Shown here: one piece after another, positions 1 through 11,600 of the stretch
Layout of the letters: each line of letters begins with the position of its first letter
Numbering within the stretch: position 1 is the first letter of the stretch
Assembly (NCBI GenBank): GCA_002811645.1
Contig: PDIP01000019.1
Coordinates: forward strand, 252,404 to 316,403
Length of the DNA stretch: 64,000 bases
Direction: 5' to 3'
Source: Corallochytrium limacisporum Hawaii
Taxonomy: Eukaryota; Protista; Pluriformea
Program-made: the position numbers and the translations under genes
Notes under the pieces: generated by a model
Seen by the model: the letters and a program-made list of their open reading frames with translations, nothing else
The model's database searches: none
Told to the model about the DNA's origin: nothing

Positions 1-285
1 TATGATTGTTAAAAAGAGCAAAATATAATGAAATAGAATGGAATCAATATAAGTTATTATACAATCAAGATTGAAAAAGATCCTCGGGAGTCAAATTTTT
101 CGGAGTTTTGACCCTAACATACCAGACAGAGGGTGGTACCACGTACAGGGTAGCCGCGCAAAACGGAAAAACTACCCAAAGGGTGGTGGTACTCAATGGG
201 TACACACTCCCGACCCCAGTGCACGTCCTTTCGGTCATTAAGAAAAACAAGGAAAACACGAAAGAAAAAAAAAAAGGGAGAGATG

Positions 286-314
286 GAGAGAGAGAGAGAG
301 TGTGTGTGTGTGTG
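286..314. repeat. Compound (GA)n(TG)n microsatellite
   Basis: gagagagagagagag followed directly by tgtgtgtgtgtgtg. Confidence 0.9.
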
Positions 315-740
315 CAAAGCTTAGAGTGAGTTTAGTACACCCTTCGCCTGCGGAAACGAACAGCAAAGTCACAGCTCCCCCCCCCCCGGGGGGGCTCACT
401 CCCGTCCGAACGGACACAAATCAAACTGGAGCCAGTTCGAATGCCCGTTGTCTGTGTGTCTGATCGGTGGCCTTCCCGTAACGGTGGTTGAGAATTTTTT
501 TTTCGGCTGTGAATGTAGGGCCCAAAAAAAGAAAGGGTCAGCAAACGGAAATGAAGCACTGTTTGTGTTACGCTGCCTTGCGGCAGAGGCGACGGACACG
601 TAGGACGGCTCACTGCCTAAGCAGGCAGGGGGAGAAGCCACAGGAAAATCAAACGGGGCACCCCTAAAACTTCACCTCTTGATCTCTTCTCGCTCCAGAA
701 CATTGAATATTTTCTCGCATAAAGTCAGTACTGAAGAAAG

Positions 741-1323
741 GTAAGTAACACTCTCGCTGCGCAAAGGATGGTTCAAAATGTGTCCGGGCAAAAGCTAGGA
801 TTCGAGGGGATCCGCCCAGCGTCCCCTGACGGCGGTTCGGGCAAAGGGCGAGAGTGCACACAGCTGTCTCACAATTGTATCGCCACTCTGAATCCCGCTG
901 GCTGTTTCTCCCTGAGTGTCTTGCTTGCGGGTACGACGCGTTGCGAAGGTAAAGGCCTCAACTTTTTGAGACATTTTCTGGATCTAGAAGAAATTGTTAG
1001 AGACCCACTGACATCCTGTGGGAGGGTGCAGCAAGCAGTCACCAGTACGTCTCCTTTTCATCCGACACCGTAGTGTTTTTGCTCAGTCTAGAACAGTGCT
1101 GAAGTTGATGTTTTGCAAACGGACATACGTTATGTTGTTCGGGCCGATTGACGTTCCTGACCATTTGATGCTGCCAGTGAAAGTCCACCCATAGATGATT
1201 TGACATCCCCGCAAAATGTTATGCAGTTTGGCCTATGGAGACTTGGGTACTCGAAGCATAGTTACCGTCTGTGTGCGACGAAGAGTGTGAAGGCTGACAT
1301 GTACTTACTTTTGCCATTCATAG
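741..1323 (+). other. Candidate spliceosomal 5'-UTR intron of the annexin gene
   Basis: Consensus donor AAG|GTAAGT at 741, branch-like GCTGAC at ~1293-1298, pyrimidine-rich tract, and CATAG| acceptor ending at 1323, 36 nt before the ATG. Confidence 0.55.
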
Positions 1324-1359
1324 GCGAAGGTCAGCTCTCTCAACTGTTTAATCGCAATC

Positions 1360-2997
1360 ATGGCTCGCGGACGTAGAGGATCGAGCTCCTCGTCTTCCTC
1401 GTCCTCTTCCTCTTCGTCCGACTCCTCGGATGGACACTACGACAAGGGCAAGAAGAATAAGAAGGACAAGAAAGGCAAGAAATCCAAGAAGGATAAGCAC
1501 GGAGCGTCAAACACTGCCACTCACGCGGCTGCCTTTGCCGCTGGTGCAGCGCTCGGTGGGGCTGCCGGTGCCTACGGTGGCTACCAGTACTCGCAGCATG
1601 GTCAAGGTCAGGCAGGCTACCCTCCTGGCGCTCCTCCGCCTGCTGGCGGCTACCCCGGAGCTCCTCCGCAGGGATACCCTGGGGCCCCACCGGTTGCCGG
1701 TTATGCGGGACCCCCACCAGGTGCTTACCCCGAGCAGGGCTACCCCGGTGCGCCACCGCAGGCGAGCGGTGTGCCTATGCCGAACCAAGGCTACAGCTAC
1801 GCACCGCAGGGCGGGCAGGCCTTGTACGGTGCACCGCCCCCACACGTCTACGGCGTGCCTCCGCCGCCCAATGCGTATCCGCAGGGTCCCCAGATTCCCG
1901 GTGCTTACCCTGGAGCTCCACCAAGCAGCGGTGGCGCCCTCTACGGCGCTGCTGCGGCCGGTGTAGGTGTGGCCGCAGCCGGGGCAGGTGCTGCCGCCAT
2001 GCACTCCATGACTAATGGGTTCAGGGATATGAACATGCAAGGGGATGCACCACCTCGTCCAAGTCTGAAGCCGATTCCCCACGATGCTACCAAGGATGCA
2101 GAGGTGTTGCGCAAGGCCATGAAGGGCTTTGGCACTGATGAGAAGGCCATCATTAACGTCCTTGGTAAGCGTACGGCTGCGCAGAGAATGGAGATTGCTA
2201 CCGCCTTCAAATCCGCCTACGGTAAAGACCTCGTAAAGGATCTGAAGAGTGAGTTGGGCGGTAAACTCGAGGACCTGGTGCTGCTGATGATGCAACCACA
2301 TGCAGTTGCGGATGCGAAGCACCTGCGCAAAGCTATGGCTGGCATGGGCACTGACGAGGGCCCAGTTCTAGAGATTATGGCTAGCCGCAATAACGAGCAG
2401 ATCAAGGCTCTTTCTGCCGCCTACAAACAAGAACTCGGGCGCAGTCTGGAGAAGGACATTGATTCCGATTTCAGTGGTGACACGAAGAAGTTTATGATCG
2501 GCCTGGCACAGGGCAACCGTGACGAGAACCCGCACGTTGATCCGGCCAAAGTCCAGGAAGATGCACAGAAGCTGAAGGAGGCCGGTGTGGGGCGATTCGG
2601 AACGGATGAAAGCACCTTCCGCATGCTGCTAGCTGTGCGCAGTCGTCCCCATCTACGTGCAGTCTTTCGCAAGTACGAAGAACTGACAGGTCACGCTCTG
2701 GAAAAGGACATAAAGAGTGAGTTCAGTGGATCCACTGAGAAGGCACTGGTGTCAGTTGTTAAGTGTATGGAGAATACCCCGCTCTACTTTGCCGAGCGGC
2801 TGCACTCCAGTATGGAAGGCATTGGCACAGACATGGATAAGTTGAATCGTATCATCGTCAGTCGGGTTGAGATCGACATGGAGGACATCAAGGATGCGTA
2901 CGTGAAGAGATTCGGAAAGACGCTGGTCAAAGACATTGAAGGTGACGTCTCTGGCGACACGAAGAAGCTCCTTGTTGCCATGGTCAACGGCAACTAG
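1360..2997 (+). CDS. Annexin, A7/A11-like (Gly/Tyr/Pro-rich N-terminus plus four annexin repeats)
   Basis: Four repeats with type II Ca2+ motifs (KAMKGFGTDE, KAMAGMGTDE, GRFGTDE, SMEGIGTDM); long GYPGAPP-type head; ends DVSGDTKKLLVAM. Confidence 0.95.
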   Translation: MARGRRGSSSSSSSSSSSSSDSSDGHYDKGKKNKKDKKGKKSKKDKHGASNTATHAAAFAAGAALGGAAGAYGGYQYSQHGQGQAGYPPGAPPPAGGYPGAPPQGYPGAPPVAGYAGPPPGAYPEQGYPGAPPQASGVPMPNQGYSYAPQGGQALYGAPPPHVYGVPPPPNAYPQGPQIPGAYPGAPPSSGGALYGAAAAGVGVAAAGAGAAAMHSMTNGFRDMNMQGDAPPRPSLKPIPHDATKDAEVLRKAMKGFGTDEKAIINVLGKRTAAQRMEIATAFKSAYGKDLVKDLKSELGGKLEDLVLLMMQPHAVADAKHLRKAMAGMGTDEGPVLEIMASRNNEQIKALSAAYKQELGRSLEKDIDSDFSGDTKKFMIGLAQGNRDENPHVDPAKVQEDAQKLKEAGVGRFGTDESTFRMLLAVRSRPHLRAVFRKYEELTGHALEKDIKSEFSGSTEKALVSVVKCMENTPLYFAERLHSSMEGIGTDMDKLNRIIVSRVEIDMEDIKDAYVKRFGKTLVKDIEGDVSGDTKKLLVAMVNGN

Positions 2998-3180
2998 AAG
3001 CGCTTTATCCAAATAAATTCCCTTGTCACTAATCCAGGTAATGTTGAAGGTTTCAAATGTATTTTTGGGCGTGAATTGTGCATGATGATTCACAAAATGG
3101 TTGGTTTCTAGTCTAAGCACCCAGTTTCGATGTGTTTAAACAACAATGCAGTCTTGTTGATCAGTTTGTTTCGAAGAGAA

Positions 3181-5379
3181 TTACCTCATCTCGGTTACGG
3201 CCTTTTTGCACTTGGCCATGGTCTGTGATGCCCGACTAATGGAATCAACCATGTAGAAGTCCTTCAGAGAGTTGATGGCGGGTTCCAGAGGCGTGCTGCT
3301 GTCAAGCTGTCCGGAGGCAGCCTTCTCATTCAGTTTGGCTCCAATGTCCACGAAGTTAGCAGGCTCGATCACGTCGTATCGCACCAAGTGAGGGGCAATC
3401 TGCGCCATTCGGAAGCGGACATCAGCGAGCTCCTCGTAAGGTAGCGTGTTACCAGCAACCTCGCTCACAGCACGGATAATCTTCCAGTCTTCACGAGCCA
3501 AACCAGGGGCCATAGCAGCACGGATTGTATGTTGGCTGCGACCTTCAGTATTGACATAAGTGGCATTCTTCTCTGTGTATGCGGCACCAGGCAGGATAAG
3601 GTCAGCAAAGTTGGCAGCGTTGTCGCCGTGGTGGCCCTGGTAGATGACTTTGGCACCAGGAGCCAGCATCTCCTTGGCACAGATGGTGTCATCGGCGTTT
3701 AGCATCCAGACAAGGCCGGCCTTCTTCAGCTCGTCCTCGTTGTAGGCCTGAAGACCGACATCGAAGGCACCAACGCTAGAAGCAGTCTTGTGGAGTACTG
3801 CAAATGGGTTCCATCCAGGAGTCTTGTTCTGCAGTTGACCGGTAATCTTAGACAGCAGACCGTAAATCGTGTAAGCATCGCTACGGTAGAAGGGCTGAGA
3901 TCCCACAACAATCAAGGGGTTCTTGGCCTCCTTCAGAATGCGAGCCCAGTCGCCCTTGCCAGAGGCCAGATCCTTCAGTACCTCGACATTGTCACCGAGG
4001 TGATCAAAATCGTAGTTGAGGTCTGTCTTCTTGCCAATCACACCAACGCGCATGTTGTTGAAGATGTAGCTCTTGCGCATGCGTGCGTTGATGACGGCAG
4101 CCTCATACCGTGGGTTGGTACCAACAAGGAGCATGGCATCCGCGTTCTCGATACCGACAATGCTTGAGTTGAAGAGGTAGTTACTACGCAGATCAGTACT
4201 GCCGGGGAAGCGGGTCTCGCTCATGAAAGTGTTCGAGTTATAGCGAGACAGTAGGTCCTTAGCAGCAACCATGGACTCCACACAAGCCAGGGACCCAGCC
4301 AATAAAGCAGAGTTAGAGCCGGCATTGCTCAACATGGTGGCAGCGGTCAGGAGAGCTTCCTCCCAACCAATCTGCACAAGCTTACCACCACGGCGGGCGT
4401 AAGGGCTAAGCAGACGTTGGCGCTTCAAACCATCGTAAGCAAAACGAGTGCGGTCGCTGCACCATTCCTCGTTAATATCGTCGTTGAGGCGAGGGATGAC
4501 ACGCATCACCTCGACTCCGCGTGTACTGACCTCAATATTAGTGCCGACCGCGTCCATAACGTCAATGGACTCGCTGCGCTTCAATTCCCAGGGACGGGCC
4601 TTGAATGCGTAAGGTTTGGAGGTCAGGGCACCAACAGGGCAGAGATCAATGACGTTACCGCTCATTTCACTCTTCAACATCTTCTCGATGTATGTGCCTA
4701 CCTGAATGTCATTGCCGCGACCAGTTGTACCCAAGTCATCGACGCCGCCGACCTCAGACGCGAAACGAATGCAACGTGTGCAATGAATGCAGCGAGTCAT
4801 GACAGTCTTAACAAGAGGACCCATGTTCTTGTCTTCCACGGCGCGCTTGCCCTCAAAACGCATATCAATGAAGCGGCTGCGGTCGCTACCGAAGGTTTGG
4901 GCCTGATCCTGCAGATCACATTCACCACCTTGGTCACAAATTGGACAATCAAGGGGGTGACTTACAAGCATAAGTTCCATAACACCCTCACGTGCCTTCT
5001 TGACTTTCGGAGTGTCGGTCAGAACCCGCATTCCCGGCATAACAGGCATGGCGCAGGACGCGGCAGGCTTCGGTGCTTTCTCCACCTCAACCAAGCACAT
5101 ACGGCAGTTACCCGCGATTGCTAGACGCTCATGGTAGCAAAAGCGAGGAATTTCTACACCGGCTTCCTCACATGCTGACAAAATATTACTTCCCTTGGGT
5201 ACATGTACCTCAATATCATTCACAAAGACTTGGACCAGGTCATCCTTCTTTTCTTCCTTGGCGGCCTCCTGGCACACTTTACTAAACGTGGAAAACGAAG
5301 CACCATTCCGTGAAACGTTGAGAACTTTTGGGTTCAGGGCCTTGCGGACACCCTTGGCCCGAAGCGCAGCCCGAAACAT
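3181..5379 (-). CDS. NDUFS1: NADH:ubiquinone oxidoreductase 75 kDa subunit, mitochondrial
   Basis: Fe-S motifs [41 protein letters not shown] and [11 protein letters not shown]; basic N-terminal presequence. Confidence 0.98.
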   Translation of the reverse strand: MFRAALRAKGVRKALNPKVLNVSRNGASFSTFSKVCQEAAKEEKKDDLVQVFVNDIEVHVPKGSNILSACEEAGVEIPRFCYHERLAIAGNCRMCLVEVEKAPKPAASCAMPVMPGMRVLTDTPKVKKAREGVMELMLVSHPLDCPICDQGGECDLQDQAQTFGSDRSRFIDMRFEGKRAVEDKNMGPLVKTVMTRCIHCTRCIRFASEVGGVDDLGTTGRGNDIQVGTYIEKMLKSEMSGNVIDLCPVGALTSKPYAFKARPWELKRSESIDVMDAVGTNIEVSTRGVEVMRVIPRLNDDINEEWCSDRTRFAYDGLKRQRLLSPYARRGGKLVQIGWEEALLTAATMLSNAGSNSALLAGSLACVESMVAAKDLLSRYNSNTFMSETRFPGSTDLRSNYLFNSSIVGIENADAMLLVGTNPRYEAAVINARMRKSYIFNNMRVGVIGKKTDLNYDFDHLGDNVEVLKDLASGKGDWARILKEAKNPLIVVGSQPFYRSDAYTIYGLLSKITGQLQNKTPGWNPFAVLHKTASSVGAFDVGLQAYNEDELKKAGLVWMLNADDTICAKEMLAPGAKVIYQGHHGDNAANFADLILPGAAYTEKNATYVNTEGRSQHTIRAAMAPGLAREDWKIIRAVSEVAGNTLPYEELADVRFRMAQIAPHLVRYDVIEPANFVDIGAKLNEKAASGQLDSSTPLEPAINSLKDFYMVDSISRASQTMAKCKKAVTEMR

Positions 5380-6401
5380 TGTGTTTGGAATCGAGGGTGT
5401 TCCCTATCATACGCCGCTCGTCCGACCACAGATTAGGTGAAACATTTTCAAATATATACATTCAATGGACTTCAGATCTCGAATACCTGAATCAAAGCAC
5501 AGTTTAGATCTGTTCCTAAGCCAAGGACTGTTCTGGGCACTCATAGTTGTATACAAATTCCGAATAAGCCATGCAAGATTAGTTGTCAGAAGGGACGGAT
5601 GCGAATACGGACGATGTGAACCTTCGTGGTTCAGTGCAAACCTCTGAGAACGACCACTTGGTGTGCTGCAAATGGGCTAGGTTTTACCGTTCTCGTGTCG
5701 TCTCGCTCGGCTTGAAGAAGCCACGCTTGAAGGTAATACAAAAACTACGGCCTTGGCCACCCCAGTTCGCGCATAAACAAAAGGGCACGGGAGTGAGAGG
5801 GGGGGATTTGCCCATAGTGAATGGACGGTAAAGTGGGGTCAAAGATCACACAGACCAAACAGTACCCGAACCAAGGTTGCACACCACCAATACTGAATGA
5901 CCTCTGTGCCTCTTTCGGATGTGTTCGATTTTCAGATTATTGAGCACGTCTGCCCCCGACCATATAAAAGCTAACCTGATCACTGCTGGAGCTTCTTGTT
6001 TTTGATTCGATTGAAAAAGCAAATTTTGTATATTCGGAGCCAAATCCAATGCGCAATCAAAGTCCTCCATGTGTTCTCGTGGGTGGAGCGGGTTAGACGC
6101 GGAGCGAAGAGTACCCTCGTCCCACCGCCTCCCTCACAAGGGAGATGTGACAAGCGGACGTTTGCGGGAGGCGGTCACCGGGAGAGGCTTTTGCCTCTTG
6201 GCTTAAGACCGTGAGACCCGCGGCTGGCGGGCTGTTTAAGACCGGGAAAGTCTCTGTTTACCATCTCTACGATCGAATGCAAGACATCGTATGCATACAT
6301 TCCACATTTCGTTTCATGACACAGAATGCTACGGCAGCGTCATATACATAGTATCAGCGACAGAAAGAAGCCTCTGAATAGATTGTTGTAATATAGATTC
6401 A

Positions 6402-8636
6402 ATGGCTACCGAGCATATTGAGTCCGTCCTCAAGGCGGCGCTGGGCGCCGCTGTTGACGAAAGCGTGCTGTCTTATGTTACATCCATTGCAGAGGAGTAT
6501 ACAGCTGGGAACATGGACGATGAAGAGTTTCACGACTCTCTGGGACCAATGCTTTTAGAGTTTGAAGCGGCGGAGGATGAAGCTACTGCAGAGGCTATGA
6601 CACAGGAGATCATGAAGAACTTGAAGGCAGATGAAAATGCTACGGCAGCAGCTGTGGCGTCTGCAGGGCATATGGAGATAAAGAAGCTTGATGCGCCCGT
6701 CTTAATGGCCAAATCATCTAAGGAATTCACAGAGAATGTCACGAAGCTGCTATACTCTCAGCTGGGTCTGAAGGACGACAGAGTCTTGAATACCATGATT
6801 ACGACATGGACGGACCCCAACGCCGTGGGTGATGACGAGGATAGCATGGCTCTTAGGCATAAGGCAGAGAAGAAGCAGGCAAAGATGGAGAAGAAAGGCA
6901 TCAAGCGGGAGAAGACTGCCGCTTTATCACGAAACGAATTCCTCGAGCGCCTTACGCGGGCCCCAATCGTTTTCCATCCGAACTCAGAATTCAATGAAAT
7001 GCGCTCCTATGACAGCGGTGCAACGGATATTATGCTACAGAACATCACCATGGAGGTCGCAGGTAGTGTTATGTTGGACGAAGCCAATCTGACCATTGTG
7101 TCGGGCCGTCGCTATGGTCTGGTTGGTCGGAACGGTGTTGGAAAGACGACATTCCTCAAACACTTGGTCGGTAAGGTCTGGGAAGGCGTTCCCGACAACC
7201 TACACATTTTGCACATTGAGCAGGAAGTGCAGGGCAGCGATGTGACGGTGCTGCAGACGATCCTCAACACCGACGTGGAGCGGGAAGCTCTCCTGAAGGA
7301 AGAACGCGAACTGTCAAGTGACAAGCCTGGCGATGGTGAGGCTACGGGAGCCAACTCGGGTGATCGTCTTGCGTACATATACCAACGCCTGGAGGAAATA
7401 GATGCAGCCAGCGCCCCCTCTCGTGCTGCCAAGATCCTTAGCGGTCTCGGGTTCACCGATGCAGATATGACAAGGCCTACCTCTGACTTTAGCGGTGGCT
7501 GGCGCATGCGTGTCAGTCTTGCCATGGCCCTTTTCATTATGCCTGACGTGCTCTTGCTGGATGAGCCCACAAATCATTTGGATCTGCATGCCGTGCTATG
7601 GCTAGAAGACTTCCTGCAAGGCTGGAAGAAGACCCTGCTCATTGTCAGTCACTCTCGTGACTTCCTGGACAATGTGGCAACGGATATCATCCACATGCAG
7701 GATCAGAAGCTCACACGATACAAGGGTAACTACACCAACTTTGAAGAAATGCGGCAGACCCTGATCAAGCAAAATGAAAAGCAGCTGGAGAACCAGGAGC
7801 GTGAACGTGCCCATATTCAGAAGTTCATAGACAAGAATCGCGTGCGTGCTGCCACTGCTAGTATGGCTCAATCACGCATCAAGGCACTGGAAAAGATGTC
7901 GAAGGTGGAGGCTATTGTGCAGGATCCCAGCATTCAGTTCAATTTCCCCAACCCGGAACGACTAAGTGGACAGGCTTTGATTCAGTTGGTTGATGTAGGA
8001 TTTGCTTGGGAGTCACGACCAGACAAAATTTTGTTTAAGGGCGTAGATCTGTCCGTGAATGCTGACTCCAAGGTGTGCCTTGTGGGACCAAACGGAGTGG
8101 GAAAGAGTACGATCATGAAACTGATGATGGGAGACATGGAACCTACCAGCGGCCTGGTTAGGCGGCACGGTGCACTGCGCTGTGGTCGTTTCAGCCAGCA
8201 CTTTGTTGAGCAGCTAAATCTACAGAAAAGTCCTCTGGAGACCTTCCAGGCTGACTACCCGAAGGATCCCATTCAGAAAATTCGTGCTCACCTTGGTTCT
8301 ATGGGCGTCACGGGCAAATTAGCTCTGCAACCCATATACACCCTCAGTGGTGGCCAAAAGGCCCGCGTTGCGCTTGCCCGCATTACCTACGAAGAGCCCC
8401 ACATGCTGGTCTTGGATGAGCCCACCAATCACTTGGACCTGGAAACCGTCCAAGCGCTGATCATGGGTCTCCTTAACTTTGAAGGCGGTGTGTTTGTCAT
8501 CAGCCACGACACTCAGATGATAAGCGCTGTCTGCAACGAGCTCTGGGTCATGGAAGACCAGAAGTGCCAGGTCTGGAAAGGCGATTTTGACGGTTACCGC
8601 AAGCACGTTCTCAATCAGATGAAGGGTCGCAAGTAA
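6402..8636 (+). CDS. ABCF3: ABC-F family ATPase (ABCF3/GCN20-like)
   Basis: Two ABC domains (GRNGVGKT/FSGGWRMR/LLLDEPTNHLD and GPNGVGKS/LSGGQKAR/LVLDEPTNHLD); no TM segments; ABCF3-like N-terminal helical domain. Confidence 0.88.
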   Translation: MATEHIESVLKAALGAAVDESVLSYVTSIAEEYTAGNMDDEEFHDSLGPMLLEFEAAEDEATAEAMTQEIMKNLKADENATAAAVASAGHMEIKKLDAPVLMAKSSKEFTENVTKLLYSQLGLKDDRVLNTMITTWTDPNAVGDDEDSMALRHKAEKKQAKMEKKGIKREKTAALSRNEFLERLTRAPIVFHPNSEFNEMRSYDSGATDIMLQNITMEVAGSVMLDEANLTIVSGRRYGLVGRNGVGKTTFLKHLVGKVWEGVPDNLHILHIEQEVQGSDVTVLQTILNTDVEREALLKEERELSSDKPGDGEATGANSGDRLAYIYQRLEEIDAASAPSRAAKILSGLGFTDADMTRPTSDFSGGWRMRVSLAMALFIMPDVLLLDEPTNHLDLHAVLWLEDFLQGWKKTLLIVSHSRDFLDNVATDIIHMQDQKLTRYKGNYTNFEEMRQTLIKQNEKQLENQERERAHIQKFIDKNRVRAATASMAQSRIKALEKMSKVEAIVQDPSIQFNFPNPERLSGQALIQLVDVGFAWESRPDKILFKGVDLSVNADSKVCLVGPNGVGKSTIMKLMMGDMEPTSGLVRRHGALRCGRFSQHFVEQLNLQKSPLETFQADYPKDPIQKIRAHLGSMGVTGKLALQPIYTLSGGQKARVALARITYEEPHMLVLDEPTNHLDLETVQALIMGLLNFEGGVFVISHDTQMISAVCNELWVMEDQKCQVWKGDFDGYRKHVLNQMKGRK

Positions 8637-11600
8637 GTAGTGCCACGGGACGACATGAAGTTATTTCTGAGACACTGTCGCTGGTTTGTATTCAAATTCA
8701 AACTTGTCAGTCCACTCAAGCAGACATCGCCCCCGGTTCTGATACATCAATAGATCAGACCCCAAAAATCCAGCTGTTGTAGAATATTCCCATATATAAA
8801 TTAGATTAATCAATTCCTTCCTTTTGAGTAAATTGATTCCAAGTCTCCGCGGGAGGTCGTTATCAGCCCCTCCCCCTCCGTTGGCGGCCTCATTGTTATT
8901 GGTTTGGTCACTAAAGCACTAGAAAACGATTCACATCTTTGCGTCTCGTTTTCCGTTGCCAATATTTATTCAGGAAAAAAAGCCTATGAAAGCTATGGTA
9001 ACGGTCAATATTTACAGAACGTGTCAGCGGCGGACGGGAAGCGGTGAGTTGCACAGTATAGACAGGGCCCCAAACTCGCGCGTGTATTCCTTTTTGGGCA
9101 CACACCAGAGTCTTCTGACATCTGGTGTTCTAGGCCAGTGGACTTATCATGCGACGTCGAAAAGATGTCGAGGGCCAGGTCATCCCTGGTCCCCTATCTT
9201 GCTTCAGTCTGGTGCGTGTGATCAATGAATGCATCATTGATCTTACAGCACTGCGGCTAATTGTCTTCGAACCTTGAAATCACTCGGAATGCTCAGAAAT
9301 GTTGGTGGATACTTGATGCCTGTTCAGTGTAGGACATATAGCATAGCTGTATGCATGCGTGTGTAGGCTTTCTACCGCGCTCCAAGGCAGCTATGGAACA
9401 CATCCCCGACCAGAGACTAAGCTATCACGTTCTGGTCGGTGTTGTCATGGTGCGTCTACACTGGTGATATGCATTGGGTGCCGCAATGGTCTCTGTACAA
9501 TGGGGCCTTGCTCTTGCATTGCTCCAAGGAACTTATTCAGTGCTTCCTGTCTATCTGTATACATCAAGAAGACAGTTTGATTCGTACATCATTGAACGAA
9601 ACGGTGCCTTTCAATGACTTTGTCTGCGTGTTATGAAAATGATACGCCAGAACATACAGTCCCTCCCAGGGCAATGCAAGATAACAAACCCCATAGTCTA
9701 CCAATTTCATGTTTATCTGTCGAACTGTGTCTTTGCATCGTTATCTTTTGTTTACTGACTCGCATACCAGCATGCTTTGCCATCACAGGAAGGTGCCAGG
9801 TTCTTCGCTGTGATTGGACCAATAGGATTGATTTTTAGTGTGAACAGTTTCATCGTCCTTGCGTTACGACATAGACAAACTGTGATATCGATCCTTGTCT
9901 GACGACGATGGTTTCCTGTTCTATCCGCGTGAGATATTCCTTTGCTCACCTTGATGTCGTATTTAGTACGACATCAGTTACGTCTTGCGTGACATGAGTG
10001 GACAAGGCAAGGTCGTAGTCACCGTGTGGACAGCTATGTTCCTGGATTGATCACTCCCCGCTGCCATCTGCGGCCATCACCGAGCTGGTGAGCTTGCCGG
10101 GGCAGATAGTAAGACTTCTTGCTAGAGATCAGCTGGTGATTCCTTCCCGTCCATGCCGCAACGCAACCAGATGCATTCCTCGCGATGGCTGGGACGGAAC
10201 AGGAACGATGGGGCTCCTTCGCCGTCTTTTTATCAAAGATTTACCCTCCTATGACAACCGCCGAAGATGACCAAATGCAGACAAGGGGCGGACTGGACTC
10301 AACGGAGTTTCTCCGCAGAGTCATCCCTGCCCATTAGCTACCCATAGCCAACCACAAGATCACGTGCGCATGCGCCAGCTCAGTACTATGCATCGACTAC
10401 CAGATATCAGCAAGTAACCACTAGCAGTACATGCATGCAACAGAACATGTCACAATCCTTCCGCTGGCTTTTGTTTGTTTTGACTGAGGGGCGTACAGTA
10501 CAAGTGTGCCGTTACCTTCGTACTTTTCGAATCTCCTGCATCAAACGCCCCCTTCCCCCGTGCTTTTATTGGGGCACATTTGCCTTTTAACTCTTCATTG
10601 TTGGTTTTTCTTTCTTGCTTTCCTTTCGTTTCCTTTTTACGTCGCCTTCGTTTCTTAGAAATTTCTGAACATTCCAGACGGGGCCTACCACCAGCAAGAT
10701 CGAGAGCGGACAAAACAAATTTGGAGAACAAGCAGCAACGGGTACGTTAATGGTTTGTGAAGCAGGATACAGCTGGTGTGGACAACACCCCAGGGAAGGA
10801 AAGTTATTTCAATTCTTGCCACTGGAATCGGAACTCCCCGCTGTTTCAATGGCCGGTGGGGTCAAAGAGCCAATAAGGAAAGCAACAGCGGTGTGGACGC
10901 TGACTTGAGATCTTGCCGTATAGTGTGCTTGCACGTCTCCTCTGAGCACGGGAACTTAGGAAGTGAGATGCCTTGACACGGTCAAACGAGCATTATATAG
11001 CGCCGACAGTGTTGGCGCATCGGTTCACGAAAATTGATTACTTTGTTGTCCGAGTAGGAATTGCATTGTTCTCTGTTCATAGGTGTCATTTTCCCAGCAG
11101 GATCATTCAGCACATCGTGATCAGAGGACAGGAGCAAGTAAGGTGTTGTGAACTCTGTGATACCATGCCTGACCAGCACCATGAGTGTCGGAGATTTATG
11201 AGTGCCATGGATCGTTGCTGTGCTGGGGCAAGCTGCGAGCACCAATAACCGAAATGGGGAATACGGCAAAGCAGCATGCAGGAACATCAATTTGGTATTG
11301 GTATTTCTCGAGTTGACTGCTATAGGCGATGTGATCAGAGAGTGGGGGGAGTGGTGGTGGCAGTGGACCTTGGTACTGACTCTCCCCTGCAAGTACATCC
11401 TCCACCGAGCATTCCAGCTGATGGACTGAAGCTCGTGTCAGGTGTTCGGCTCAGTCACGGTACATGCTTTTCTCCAGTAACGAGAATGCATAGTGATTCG
11501 CGTCCACCCTGAATTGCTTGAGTCTATCTTTCAGTACACACAGTCTCATTTATGTATGTGTGGGCTGATACCCTTCTGCACCCTGAGCTCCTACAGAATT

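Noticed and set aside
6324-6647. 14-nt match aatgctacggcagc upstream of and inside ABCF3
   Set aside because: A single short match with no element structure; compatible with chance.
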